DNA from: Planctomycetota bacterium
GTDB taxonomy: Bacteria > Planctomycetota > Planctomycetia > Planctomycetales > Planctomycetaceae
Direction of reading: 5' to 3'
Length of the DNA: 64,000 nt
NCBI GenBank assembly: GCA_031424595.1
Contig: JANPHT010000712.1
Coordinates: forward strand, 2,572-66,571
Under the pieces are notes generated by a model, which saw only the letters and a program-made list of their open reading frames with translations, was not told the DNA's origin and did no database searches. The translations under genes were made by a program, and so were the position numbers. Shown here in pieces: positions 19,201 through 29,000 of the stretch (positions are counted from its first letter, which is position 1; every line of letters starts with the position of its first letter).

Positions 19201-20574
19201 CTACAGCAACTGCGGAATCGGTGATCCATGAGGAAGAATGGGAATCGGTCGCCCGGACAAATCGTTCACGGCCTGTGTATAATCTATCCCAAGGTGGCGA
19301 TAGACAGTTGCCAACAAATCCTGAGGAGTCACTCTATCACGGATCGGGTACTCGCCGCGAGCATTTGTTTCGCCGACAACCTGTCCCATGCGCAATCCGC
19401 CACCGGAGATTAAGGCGCTGAATGCATGCGGCCAGTGGTCACGCCCCAGACCAATCTGGTCTGAAAAATTCTTAGGGGCATGAGTCACATTCGGAGTTCG
19501 CCCGAATTCTCCACAGGCAATGAGCAGAACCTTTTTGTCAAGACCTCTGTCATAAATATCATCCATCAAAGCACACAACGCCTGATCCAATTGCGGAAGG
19601 CGTTCTCGCTGTGCGAAATCCAGATGAAACGCGCCAGCATGATCATCCCAGCTGAAATTCTTTGTCGTATCGTTCGGAGCAGTCGCGTCAATGTTGATCA
19701 CCGCTGAACCGGCTTCGGCCAGTCGACGAGCCAGAAGACAACTCTGGCCCCAACGATGACGCCCATAACGATCTCGCACCTCAACAGACTCTTTCGACAG
19801 GTCGAACGCATCGACCACACGATCGCTGGTCAGCATTGTGAAGGCCGCAGAACGGAAGCGGTCAACACCATCCAATGAATGTAAGAAATCCATATCTCCA
19901 CGCAAGGCATCGAACTGCGTAACCAGTGAGCGACGATGATCAAGTCGATGATTATCGATTCCTGTCGCCAGCGTCAGATGACTCGGCGCAAAGTTGGGCA
20001 CAGAGGGATCGCCCGTTTCAAACGCACGATGACTGACCCCCAGGTACCCGGGATTCGTCATAAACGGCGATTTTTGAAGTCCGATGTACTGCGGCACACC
20101 GTCTGCCCGAAGTCCCCGCTTCCACGCTGCGATCATACCGAAGTCGGGATGCTCCGACCGAGCCTGTGATGTGGGATCAGGAACACTGGGAGTCTTTCCG
20201 GTCAGCACTTCGATGCTGCCGTCATTGTGTGCCGACATCTCGTGGTGCAACGATCGGATCAGTGAAAACTTGTCGGCTCGCTGCGCCTGCTTAGGCATGT
20301 ACTCGCAGATGTCCATGCCAGGAACAATGGTCGGAATCGGCTTGAGTGGCCCACGGATCTCGGCCGGAGCGTCCGGCTTCATGTCCCACGTTTCGAACTG
20401 GCTTGGTCCGCCCCACATCCAGAAAAGTATGACTGTCGTCTCCGGGATCTCAGGCTGTCCAGCCTGAGCACGACGAGCCAGCAATTGCGGCAATGTCAGG
20501 CCACCCAGGGCCAGAGTGCCAACTCGCATGAACTCACGCCGCTTCAGCGGTCCTGTACAGAGTCTGTCCTGCAT
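19201..20574 (-). CDS. DUF1501 domain protein (Tat-exported), no adjacent DUF1549/DUF1553 partner
   Basis: KRREFMRVGTLALGG Tat signal, FWMWGGPSQFETWDMKP, LGRDHWPHAF. Confidence 0.9.
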   Translation of the reverse strand: MQDRLCTGPLKRREFMRVGTLALGGLTLPQLLARRAQAGQPEIPETTVILFWMWGGPSQFETWDMKPDAPAEIRGPLKPIPTIVPGMDICEYMPKQAQRADKFSLIRSLHHEMSAHNDGSIEVLTGKTPSVPDPTSQARSEHPDFGMIAAWKRGLRADGVPQYIGLQKSPFMTNPGYLGVSHRAFETGDPSVPNFAPSHLTLATGIDNHRLDHRRSLVTQFDALRGDMDFLHSLDGVDRFRSAAFTMLTSDRVVDAFDLSKESVEVRDRYGRHRWGQSCLLARRLAEAGSAVINIDATAPNDTTKNFSWDDHAGAFHLDFAQRERLPQLDQALCALMDDIYDRGLDKKVLLIACGEFGRTPNVTHAPKNFSDQIGLGRDHWPHAFSALISGGGLRMGQVVGETNARGEYPIRDRVTPQDLLATVYRHLGIDYTQAVNDLSGRPIPILPHGSPIPQLL

Positions 20575-21019
20575 AGGGAGACAGCCCAGTCTTCAGAGTC
20601 GGGTAGGAGGGTAAGGACAAAGGCAAGGATTAACGTGGGAACTGATATGCTCGCCGGATCACAGACGAAGTTCAAGGGGAAGACGGGCGATTCCGCTGTT
20701 CAGTGCAGACTTATCGGCAAAGCCGAACTACGAGGACGGTTCTCAACTTAAGCCAAATGTCCGTGTTCTCGTGTTTAGCAACTCAATTCGTGACAAAAGG
20801 GCAAACAAGGCCTTTGTTGACGCCCACACCACTTGTTGCGCCTGCGAAGACCTGACCGGTGGGTCTGTTGCGAGTTACCGAAATGTCGTTCCTGAACGTG
20901 GAACGAAGCAAAGACGACGCTGCCCGCGTGGTAGGTTTGCGTCGTCCTGCTGTCATTGTTGACATGCAGTCCGCAAGTTCTCCGCGAATGTCCCGCCTCC
21001 GTTGTCAGGAACCAAACCG

Positions 21020-22063
21020 ATGAGCAAGGCCAAGCCGTTGATATTCGGCGCGGTGCTGGGTGCGTCGGCGATGTTTTTCGCTCAGCAGTATCACGTTGTG
21101 CAGTCACATGATGGATTTCAGGTGATTCCCCGCACGCCGCAGCAGTCGCTGGGATTAGCCTACGCTGACATTCGTACCTGGACGCCATCTCAGTGGTTGG
21201 CTTTTCCTGAACTGGGCCGCGCCATGATGGCCCATGGTTCGACAGATCTTATTTCTGAGTCTGTCGCATCAACCCTGACTGAACGAGTCACCGAAGATGG
21301 CGCGACTCTGGAAGAGATGCAGGGGCTTCTGGACGGCTCGATCGACGGCGGCAAAAAACAGACAGATGAGGATTTCCTGAATTTTCCTTCCCTGGAAGAA
21401 TCCGGTGCCAGCAGCGACACGAGCGGACGGAAAAAAGATCGCTCTGAATCTGATGTCCTGATCCCGTTGCCAAAAGACGCCAAAGCCAAAATTCTGGCGA
21501 ATCCCTTCGGTCGATCGGCATTATCGGAGGAGAAAACAAAACCGCTGAAATCCGACTCTGGATCGCGATTCGCTGCCGAGGAACTGACGGACGATTTCCA
21601 GGAGGCAGAATTCGAAGAAGTTACATCGAGCGCTACAACGCCTTCCCGCGTTGTGAAAAAATCTGCAGCAGAGCAGGCGAATGAGAGGGCCGAAAGGAAT
21701 GCGCGAGCCGAGCGTCTCTTTAAGGATGCAGCGGACCCTTCGTCGATGAGTCGTTCTACGATCCCTTCCAAGTCGGCTCCCGGATCAATTCCGAAACCTG
21801 CTGACACAGATTCGATGTTTGAGGAAGTGACAACACCTCTGGAGAATCGCGTTCAGGAAGCGTTTAATCGGGCAGCGGAGTCTGTCAAAGGGAAGGCCGC
21901 ATCGACTGCCGACGAGTCCGCAAAGGGGTCTGCAAACTATATCCGCGAGAAAGCCGCGGAATTGGTTCCCGAAGCAGCGAAGTCGCTCCTCAATGGAAAG
22001 GGAAACAGTTCAGTTGCGCCTGCTGCTGCACCGCTTCTCGATTTCGATCCGTTTCTTGAGTAG
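21020..22063 (+). CDS. Hypothetical protein: one N-terminal TM helix followed by a long acidic/Ser/Ala/Lys-rich low-complexity region
   Basis: The ORF is open for 353 codons from TTG 21002; ATG 21020 (MSKAKPLIFGAVLGASAMFFAQQY) is the likelier start. I recognise no domain. Confidence 0.55.
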   Translation: MSKAKPLIFGAVLGASAMFFAQQYHVVQSHDGFQVIPRTPQQSLGLAYADIRTWTPSQWLAFPELGRAMMAHGSTDLISESVASTLTERVTEDGATLEEMQGLLDGSIDGGKKQTDEDFLNFPSLEESGASSDTSGRKKDRSESDVLIPLPKDAKAKILANPFGRSALSEEKTKPLKSDSGSRFAAEELTDDFQEAEFEEVTSSATTPSRVVKKSAAEQANERAERNARAERLFKDAADPSSMSRSTIPSKSAPGSIPKPADTDSMFEEVTTPLENRVQEAFNRAAESVKGKAASTADESAKGSANYIREKAAELVPEAAKSLLNGKGNSSVAPAAAPLLDFDPFLE

Positions 22064-22403
22064 GAGGAGTCTGTTCCTGATTCTGACGTGATTCAGAGCC
22101 ATTGGGCTCCGACTTACCGGCCCCAGTTTTCTCACATTTTAAAACGCGAATCATGTTTCGAATCACAAACAGACTCGGCTGCACACAGCTCTGTCTCTGG
22201 GTGACTGGATTTCCTCGGACAAACCAGGACTTGGGAAATGTCAAAGTAGTCCCTTCGATCAGGAGTTCAGAACCAGTCATTCACGCCAAATTCCGGGGCC
22301 CGCGAAAGCAGTAGTTTTTACGCTTGCCCGTTCGCGGCGATTCTTTACTCTTCCGTCCACTAACGACGAATTCGAATCGTGATGGCTCCGGAACGGTCTG
22401 CTT

Positions 22404-23450
22404 ATGAAACTCCTCCAGACATTGACGCAAACGCCTTCCGTTCCCGGTCGAGAAGACCGCATACGAAAAGTGATTCTCGACCATGTCACGGCCGCCAATC
22501 TCTTCGACGAGATTACCGTGGACGCGATGGGATCACTGATTGGCTTTCGAAAGGCGCGATGTGGTTCCGGGACACCTCCTGCGAAGAAAAACCGCGTCAT
22601 GCTGGCGGCCCACACGGACCAGATCGGTTTCCTTGTTCGTCATATTGACGACGCCGGTTATCTGCGAGTGAACCCCGTCGGCGGGTTTGATGCTCGAAAT
22701 CTTTTCGCTCGCAAAGTGCGAGTGTGCACCTCCAGCGGTGACCTTGCAGGAATCATGAACGCGTCTGGCAAGCCCATCCACATTGCAAGCGAAGCCGACA
22801 AGAAGAAGATTCCCGAAGTAACGGAGTTCTTTGTCGATCTTGGCCTGAGTGCAGATCAAGTCCTTGGCCAGGTGCGAATTGGCGATATGATTGTCCTCGA
22901 CGGACCGTTTGAAGAGATCGGCAATTCCGTCGTTTCGCAGTGTCTGGATAATCGCATTGGCTGCTGGGCTCAAATCCGCGCCCTTGAGAATCTCAAATCT
23001 CATTCCTGTGACATTTATGCCGTGTGGACCGTCCAGGAAGAAGTGGGCTTGCGTGGCGCGCAGCCAGCAGCATTTGGAATTAATCCTGACATTGCCGTGG
23101 CGTGCGACACGACATTGTGTTGCAAGACTCCCGGCGTTCCTGATGAAGATCGAGTGTCAGTTTCAGGAGACGGAGTCTGTCTGCACGTGATGGACGGGTC
23201 AATGATCTCTGACATTGGGCTGATCGAAGATTTCGAGATGCTTGCCAAGTCTCGCGACATTAAATGCCAGCGAGCTATCCTTCCGCGAGGTGGCCAGGAT
23301 GGCGCTGTCATTCAACGAAGCCGCAGTGGCGTTCGCACCATCGCGTTAGCCTGTCCAGTGAAGTACATTCATACGGTGACCGAGATGTCTCATAAAGTCG
23401 ATCTCGATTCGTATCACCGGCTTCTGACAGCCTGGCTGGAAGTTGTTTGA
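22404..23450 (+). CDS. M42 family metallopeptidase (FrvX / glutamyl aminopeptidase-like)
   Basis: MKLLQTLTQTPSVPGREDRIR N-terminus, AAHTDQIGF, CLDNRIGC and VQEEVGLRGA metal-ligand motifs. Confidence 0.88.
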   Translation: MKLLQTLTQTPSVPGREDRIRKVILDHVTAANLFDEITVDAMGSLIGFRKARCGSGTPPAKKNRVMLAAHTDQIGFLVRHIDDAGYLRVNPVGGFDARNLFARKVRVCTSSGDLAGIMNASGKPIHIASEADKKKIPEVTEFFVDLGLSADQVLGQVRIGDMIVLDGPFEEIGNSVVSQCLDNRIGCWAQIRALENLKSHSCDIYAVWTVQEEVGLRGAQPAAFGINPDIAVACDTTLCCKTPGVPDEDRVSVSGDGVCLHVMDGSMISDIGLIEDFEMLAKSRDIKCQRAILPRGGQDGAVIQRSRSGVRTIALACPVKYIHTVTEMSHKVDLDSYHRLLTAWLEVV

Positions 23451-23454
23451 CTGC

Positions 23455-23490
23455 TTTTCATGGTCCATTCCCGTTTTCATGGTCCATTCC
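23455..23490. repeat. 17-nt perfect direct repeat (TTTTCATGGTCCATTCC) x2, separated by 2 nt
   Basis: Copies at 23455-23471 and 23474-23490. The first starts 4 nt after the M42 peptidase stop (23450), and the pair lies about 70 nt upstream of the next gene. Confidence 0.85.
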
Positions 23491-23557
23491 AGCTGCGCAT
23501 TTCAGCCAGAATGGCAAAGACGTGATGCTTTGCGACTATTGTACAAGGTGAAGGTCA

Positions 23558-24376
23558 ATGAACCGTTTTTCTGTAATGATCTTTTGCTTCGTGGCACTTT
23601 CCCTTGTCTCCCGCGCGGACGATCCCGGCAAAGTCGATGAGGTCAAAAAACTCATTCTGCCTGGAGAGGCATTTCTGGTGGAAGGCCGACCTGCCTTCAT
23701 CCTGTGGCCGAACGAATCACTCAGGAAAACACCTCAACCGTGGGTTTTCTATGCTCCGACGCTCGCTGGTTATCCGGATTCGCATGAAAAATGGATGCAT
23801 GAGCAATTTCTTGCGGCGGGGGTTGCTGTTGCGGGAATCGATGTTGGAGAAGGTTACGGCAGTCCGGCATCACGAAAGATGTTCGATACTTTTTATGAGC
23901 AGATGACAACCCGCCGGAGCTTTGCAAAGAAGCCATGCCTGCTGGGACGCAGTCGAGGAGGGCTTTGGGTTTCTTCCTGGGCTTGCGATCATCCAGAACG
24001 GTTTTCTGGACTGGCAGGAATTTACCCTGTGTTTGATTTTCGGACCTATCCGGGACTCGATAAGGCAGCACGCGCTTATGAAATGACGCCCGCCGACCTT
24101 GAAAAGCAAATTGATCAATTCAATCCCATCCTGCGGATGCCGGTGCTGGCAAAATCCAAACTGCCAGCATTCATGATCCACGGCGACGAAGACGTCGTGG
24201 TACCATTGAAAGAGAACTCCTCAACGTTTGCCCAGGCTTATAAAAACGCCGGAGCGGAAGACATGGTGACAGTCATTGTCGCCAGGGGCCAGGGGCATAA
24301 TTTATGGGAAGGATTCTTCCGATGCCCGGAGCTCGTGGATTTTGTCGTTACTCGGGCAAAAGCCGGGGCTGAATAA
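23558..24376 (+). CDS. Secreted alpha/beta hydrolase (esterase / S9-peptidase-like)
   Basis: Signal peptide; nucleophile-elbow-like GRSRGG, MIHGDEDVVVP and GQGHN, consistent with a Ser-Asp-His triad order. Confidence 0.75.
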   Translation: MNRFSVMIFCFVALSLVSRADDPGKVDEVKKLILPGEAFLVEGRPAFILWPNESLRKTPQPWVFYAPTLAGYPDSHEKWMHEQFLAAGVAVAGIDVGEGYGSPASRKMFDTFYEQMTTRRSFAKKPCLLGRSRGGLWVSSWACDHPERFSGLAGIYPVFDFRTYPGLDKAARAYEMTPADLEKQIDQFNPILRMPVLAKSKLPAFMIHGDEDVVVPLKENSSTFAQAYKNAGAEDMVTVIVARGQGHNLWEGFFRCPELVDFVVTRAKAGAE

Positions 24377-24609
24377 TCGCCGTAGCCGTCTGATGAATGC
24401 CGATCGCCCTCAATCCACTTGATTTCAGCCGGGACAACAGAGAATTCGGTCAGGTCTTGCAATTAAAGCGAGACGCGTGCGCTGTGCGATCATCGGCCAG
24501 GGCAAATCATTCAGGCAGTCCTGTCTGATGCGTTTGACGAAGAGTACTGGCGGCTTGTGAATCGGTTGCTGAGGAATCAATTCCTGTCACAGCCGCAATC
24601 GCTGAAGTC

Positions 24610-25938
24610 CTATGAGGCTTCATCCCCGCCCTGCTTCCTCAATCCGGGTTTGGGAGTATCAGTGCGTTGTGATGAATAGATTCCAGCGTGACTACTAAAG
24701 AGATATGCCACCAGACACGAAACCGCGAAGTAATGAACATGCTCACCTCCGAAGAGTTCGACCGCCATCACGGTACACGCCAACGGTGTGTTTGTGGCAC
24801 CGGCAAAGACTGAGACAAATCCAAGGGCTGCAAACAAATCCACAGGCAGTCCAAAGAGCGTGGCCAGCGTGTTTCCGAGTGCCGCTCCCACAAAGAAAAG
24901 TGGCGTCACTTCTCCACCTTTGAATCCACTGCCAAGCGTCACGGCTGTGAACACAAGCTTCCAAAACCAACTCCACGTCTCTGCACCGCCGCATCGGAAG
25001 GAACTGACAATGGTCACAGCCGTCCTGTCGGGCGATGAGACTCCAAGTCCAAGGAAGTCTGCTGTGCCGACAAGTTGGGTGAGTCCGATCACAAGAACGC
25101 CGCCGAGAACAGGGCGAAGAACGGGCAATGACAACGCCTTCCTGAACAGATCGCTGATTCTATGAGTCAGTCCGGCAAACAACGCGCTGGCAAGCCCAAA
25201 GGCGATACCAGCGACGATTGTCATCATCATCAAGCGGGCATCAAACGGAGCAAGGTGCAGGTTTGAACCCGTTGGAAGGCGGGTGGCGATGTCATAATGC
25301 GTATGGCCAATCCCCCACGCCGCGCAGGTCTGGTCGCTGCTGAAAGCGGCGATCAGGCAGGGGACGATGGCGGCGGAACTCATTCGGCCAACCGTCAATA
25401 CCTCGAGGGAAAAGATCATTCCCGCAACGGGCGTACCAAACACCCCGGAGAATCCTGCTGCAATTCCCGCCATCAATAGCATCTGCACATCGCGCCGATC
25501 AAGTCCTGGAATGATCCTGGCAAGCCCACCGGCCAGACTTCCGCCCATTTGAACGGCCGTGCCTTCCCTTCCAGCGGACCCTCCGAAGAGATGCGTCACC
25601 AAGGTTCCCATCAGCACCAATGGTGCCATTCGCAGTGGCACCCCGCCGCCCGGTTCATGAATCTCTTCCATAATGAGATTGTTACCACTTTCGACGGTTT
25701 TCCCGAACCGCGAGTACACGATGCCGACAACAGCACCGGCAGCGGGCAACAACCAAAGGAGCCAGGCATTAGCGAATCGCAACTCTGTGACAACATCCAG
25801 CAGCCGCAAGAACAACGCGCAGGCAGAACCAGTGATCAAGCCAAGCAGGGTCGCCAGCAGACACCACTTCATCAGGTATCGAAAGAGGGTCGCGTATTCA
25901 AGCCCGTTGACGTTCATCGGAGTCTCTGACATTTGCAA
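24610..25938 (-). CDS. CLC-family channel/antiporter with fluoride-type (CLC-F) selectivity-filter motifs
   Basis: GNNLI in place of GSGIP, GREGT in place of GREGP, GGEVTP in place of GxFxP. About 10-12 hydrophobic segments; 442 aa. Confidence 0.8.
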   Translation of the reverse strand: MQMSETPMNVNGLEYATLFRYLMKWCLLATLLGLITGSACALFLRLLDVVTELRFANAWLLWLLPAAGAVVGIVYSRFGKTVESGNNLIMEEIHEPGGGVPLRMAPLVLMGTLVTHLFGGSAGREGTAVQMGGSLAGGLARIIPGLDRRDVQMLLMAGIAAGFSGVFGTPVAGMIFSLEVLTVGRMSSAAIVPCLIAAFSSDQTCAAWGIGHTHYDIATRLPTGSNLHLAPFDARLMMMTIVAGIAFGLASALFAGLTHRISDLFRKALSLPVLRPVLGGVLVIGLTQLVGTADFLGLGVSSPDRTAVTIVSSFRCGGAETWSWFWKLVFTAVTLGSGFKGGEVTPLFFVGAALGNTLATLFGLPVDLFAALGFVSVFAGATNTPLACTVMAVELFGGEHVHYFAVSCLVAYLFSSHAGIYSSQRTDTPKPGLRKQGGDEAS

Positions 25939-26074
25939 AACGATCGTCGGACAGTGCTGACTGCGTCAATCCATGGTTCACTACTGGAATTCGGGCGGCC
26001 GGTGTTTCTCAAGGAATTTATCACCTGAAAAGAGAGCATAGCCTCAGCCCTGACGATGTCCGATGATCACACCT

Positions 26075-29000
26075 TCAACCGTCCTGCACAGGCGGTTGAG
26101 CCGCTGAGAATGCGGCCAGAAGTTCATCCAGGACCGCTGGTCCGTCGGTTTCTTCGGCATCCAGGGGCCAATAGGCGTCGTGGGCATCGACGACTCGTAA
26201 ATGCCCCTTGTGAAGATGCGACAACATGCGAATTCGCCTGGCGTCTCTGTATCGAAGCACCGCATATCCGGTTTCCAGATGAATATTCTCCACCCGCCAG
26301 GCAAGCGCACGGAGGTTGAGTTCTCGCAGTTGCAGCATCCGGCGAGCAGCCGTCGGAATGGGACCAAAACGATCGCGAAGTTCCGTTTCAAGTTCCGAAA
26401 GCTGCTCCATTGTGTTGGCTTGTGAAAGTCGGCGATACACTTCAATTTTCAGCTTTTGTTCAGCGATATACTTGTCGGGAATAAAGTTACTGACTGGCAA
26501 CTCGATTTTGCAATGCCGCTGGTAGCGCAGCGGCTGCTTTTTGAGTGACCTGACAGAGTTTTCAAGCAACTGGCAATAAAGTTCGTATCCAACGGCAGCA
26601 ATGTTTCCACTTTGCTCGGTCCCGAGAATATTTCCCGCACCCCGAATCTCCAGGTCTCGCATGGCGATGCGAAAACCGGCGCCCAGTTCGCTGTATTCTT
26701 CGATTGCTTTCAGACGCCGAGTCGCTTTGGTTGTCACCGCCTTACTGTCTTCGAGCAGCAGATAACAATACGCACGATGACGATCACGACCGACACGACC
26801 ACGTAACTGATGCAGATCCGCCAGTCCGTAAATGTCTGCCTGATGAATGAACATCGTGTTGGCGTTGGAAATATCCAGACCGCTTTCGATAATCGTCGTC
26901 GCCAGCAGAATGTCGGCCTTTCCAGTGACGAAAGCCATCATCGCCGCTTCAAGTTCATCTTCATCCATCTGGCCGTGCGCGATAGTCAGCCTTGCTTCCG
27001 GAGCAATGCGTCTCAGCCGTTGGGCAATTTCTTCGATATCGTGAACGCGATTGTGAACGAAGTAGATCTGACCACCTCGATTAAGCTCTCGCACGATCGC
27101 ACTACGAACCAGATTCTCATCGAACCGCCCGACTCTCGTTTCAATCGGAACTCTATCGCGAGGCGGTGTGGTAAGGCTGCTGATATCACGAATTCCGAGT
27201 AACGACATATGCAGTGTGCGTGGAATCGGAGTGGCTGTCAGCGTCAGTACGTCAACATCCGCGCGGAGATGCTTTAATCGCTCCTTGACTTTAACACCGA
27301 ACTTTTGTTCCTCATCAACAACCAGAAGTCCAAGATCTTTGAATTTGATATCCCTGGAAACAAGCCGATGCGTCCCGATGACGATATCCACTGCACCTTC
27401 CTTCAGGCGTTCGATAATGCGAGTTTGCTCGGCCGCCGTTCGATAGCGTGACAGCATTTCCACGGTAATGGGAAACTCGGCCATCCGCTGGCTGAAAGTT
27501 CGATAGTGCTGTTCGGCCAAAACCGTCGTCGGAACCAGAACCGCCACTTGTCGACCATTATCGACGGCCTTGAACACCGCACGCATGGCCACTTCCGTTT
27601 TCCCAAATCCCACATCGCCACAGATCAGGCGGTCCATCGGTTTGGGTTGTTCCATGTCGCCTTTCAAGTCGGCAATTGCCGAGAGTTGGTCCGCGGTCTC
27701 AGTGAACGGAAACGCCTTTTCAAATTCCTGCTGCAGATGTGAATCAGCTCGGCACTGCAACCCCGCCCGCGAAGCGCGCTCGGCCTGAAGCTGGAGCATG
27801 TCAGTGGCCATATCGGAGATGGCTTCAGCAACCTGATCCTTTTTCTTAAGCCACGACGTGCCTCCGTATTTTGTGAGTTCCGGAGTGGTCTTGGCAGGAC
27901 CGATGTACTTCTGCACCAGATGAATCAATGAAACCGGCACATACACAATCACCGAGTCACGGAACTCCAGCAACAGGTGTTCTTCCTGCTGACCATTCGC
28001 ACCTGTCATCGCCATACCGCGATAACGAGCGATCCCATGGGCTACGTGCACCACAAGATCACCTTCACGCAGGTCGAGAAAGGTATCGATGGTTCTCGTA
28101 TCGGCACGACGCTTTCGCGTCGCCGTTCTTGTCGCTGTCCGCGAGAACAGCTCATTATCACTGATCACAATCAGACCATGATCGATCAGTCGAAAGCCGC
28201 GTCGCAGGCGACCTGTTGTCAATTGAATTCGAGGGGCCAACGCTGTTCCCGAAGTGGAATCGGTTTCTGCGATCAGCTCTTTTAGCCGTTCCTGCTCCCC
28301 CTGATTGTGGCAACAGAGCAAGACCTGATCGGACGGGCCAAGGAGCTCAGACAACTCGACGAGAGCATCGCGGCGACTACCGGAGAATCTTTCGACCGCC
28401 TCGATCGTGAGATGGCAGGATGTTTCGTAACTGTCAGCTCCCAGCGCGTCGATTGTGACCGACGGGAACTCAACCAACCGCGCCATCGTCGCATCGACAC
28501 TGTAAAGTCCGACAGGACTGGACAGTCGCTGAAGGTACAGACGACCCTCGCTGATCGACTGCTGCATATCGGTCAGCACAACGATCGAAGATCCAGGCAA
28601 AGAATCGATCAGGCTCTCCGTGTTTCCGGCAAAGTTGGACTTTGGAGCCGCAGGCGACTCATGGCTGGCCGGAGAAGCTTCGACTGCCGTCCTTCTGGCC
28701 TTGCCTCTGCCAATAACTTTTGGCTTATCGCTCAATGTCGAATCCACGACTGTCGAATCCACGACTGTCGATGATGAGATCGTTGCCGTCAGCGAGATGT
28801 GATTCAAATCTTCCAGCCGTCTTTGACTCTCGACATCGAACGAACGAATGGACTCCACTGCGTCCCCAAACAACTCGATGCGAATCGCATCGGGCTCAGT
28901 CGCGGGAAAGATGTCCAGAATTCCGCCGTGAATGGAGAACTCACCAGGCAGTTCGACGGCCGTTACACGCTCAAACGCGCGTGCTGTCAGCCATTCTGTC

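Noticed and set aside
25939-26074. Fluoride (crcB-motif) riboswitch upstream of the CLC-F-like gene
   Set aside because: I read the minus-strand leader. A GGUGAU...UUCCU stretch loosely resembles the 5' part of the motif. The conserved AACCGCC, the P3 stem and the CUGAUGAUGCCUAC pseudoknot partner are not present. cmsearch with RF01734 is needed to be certain.
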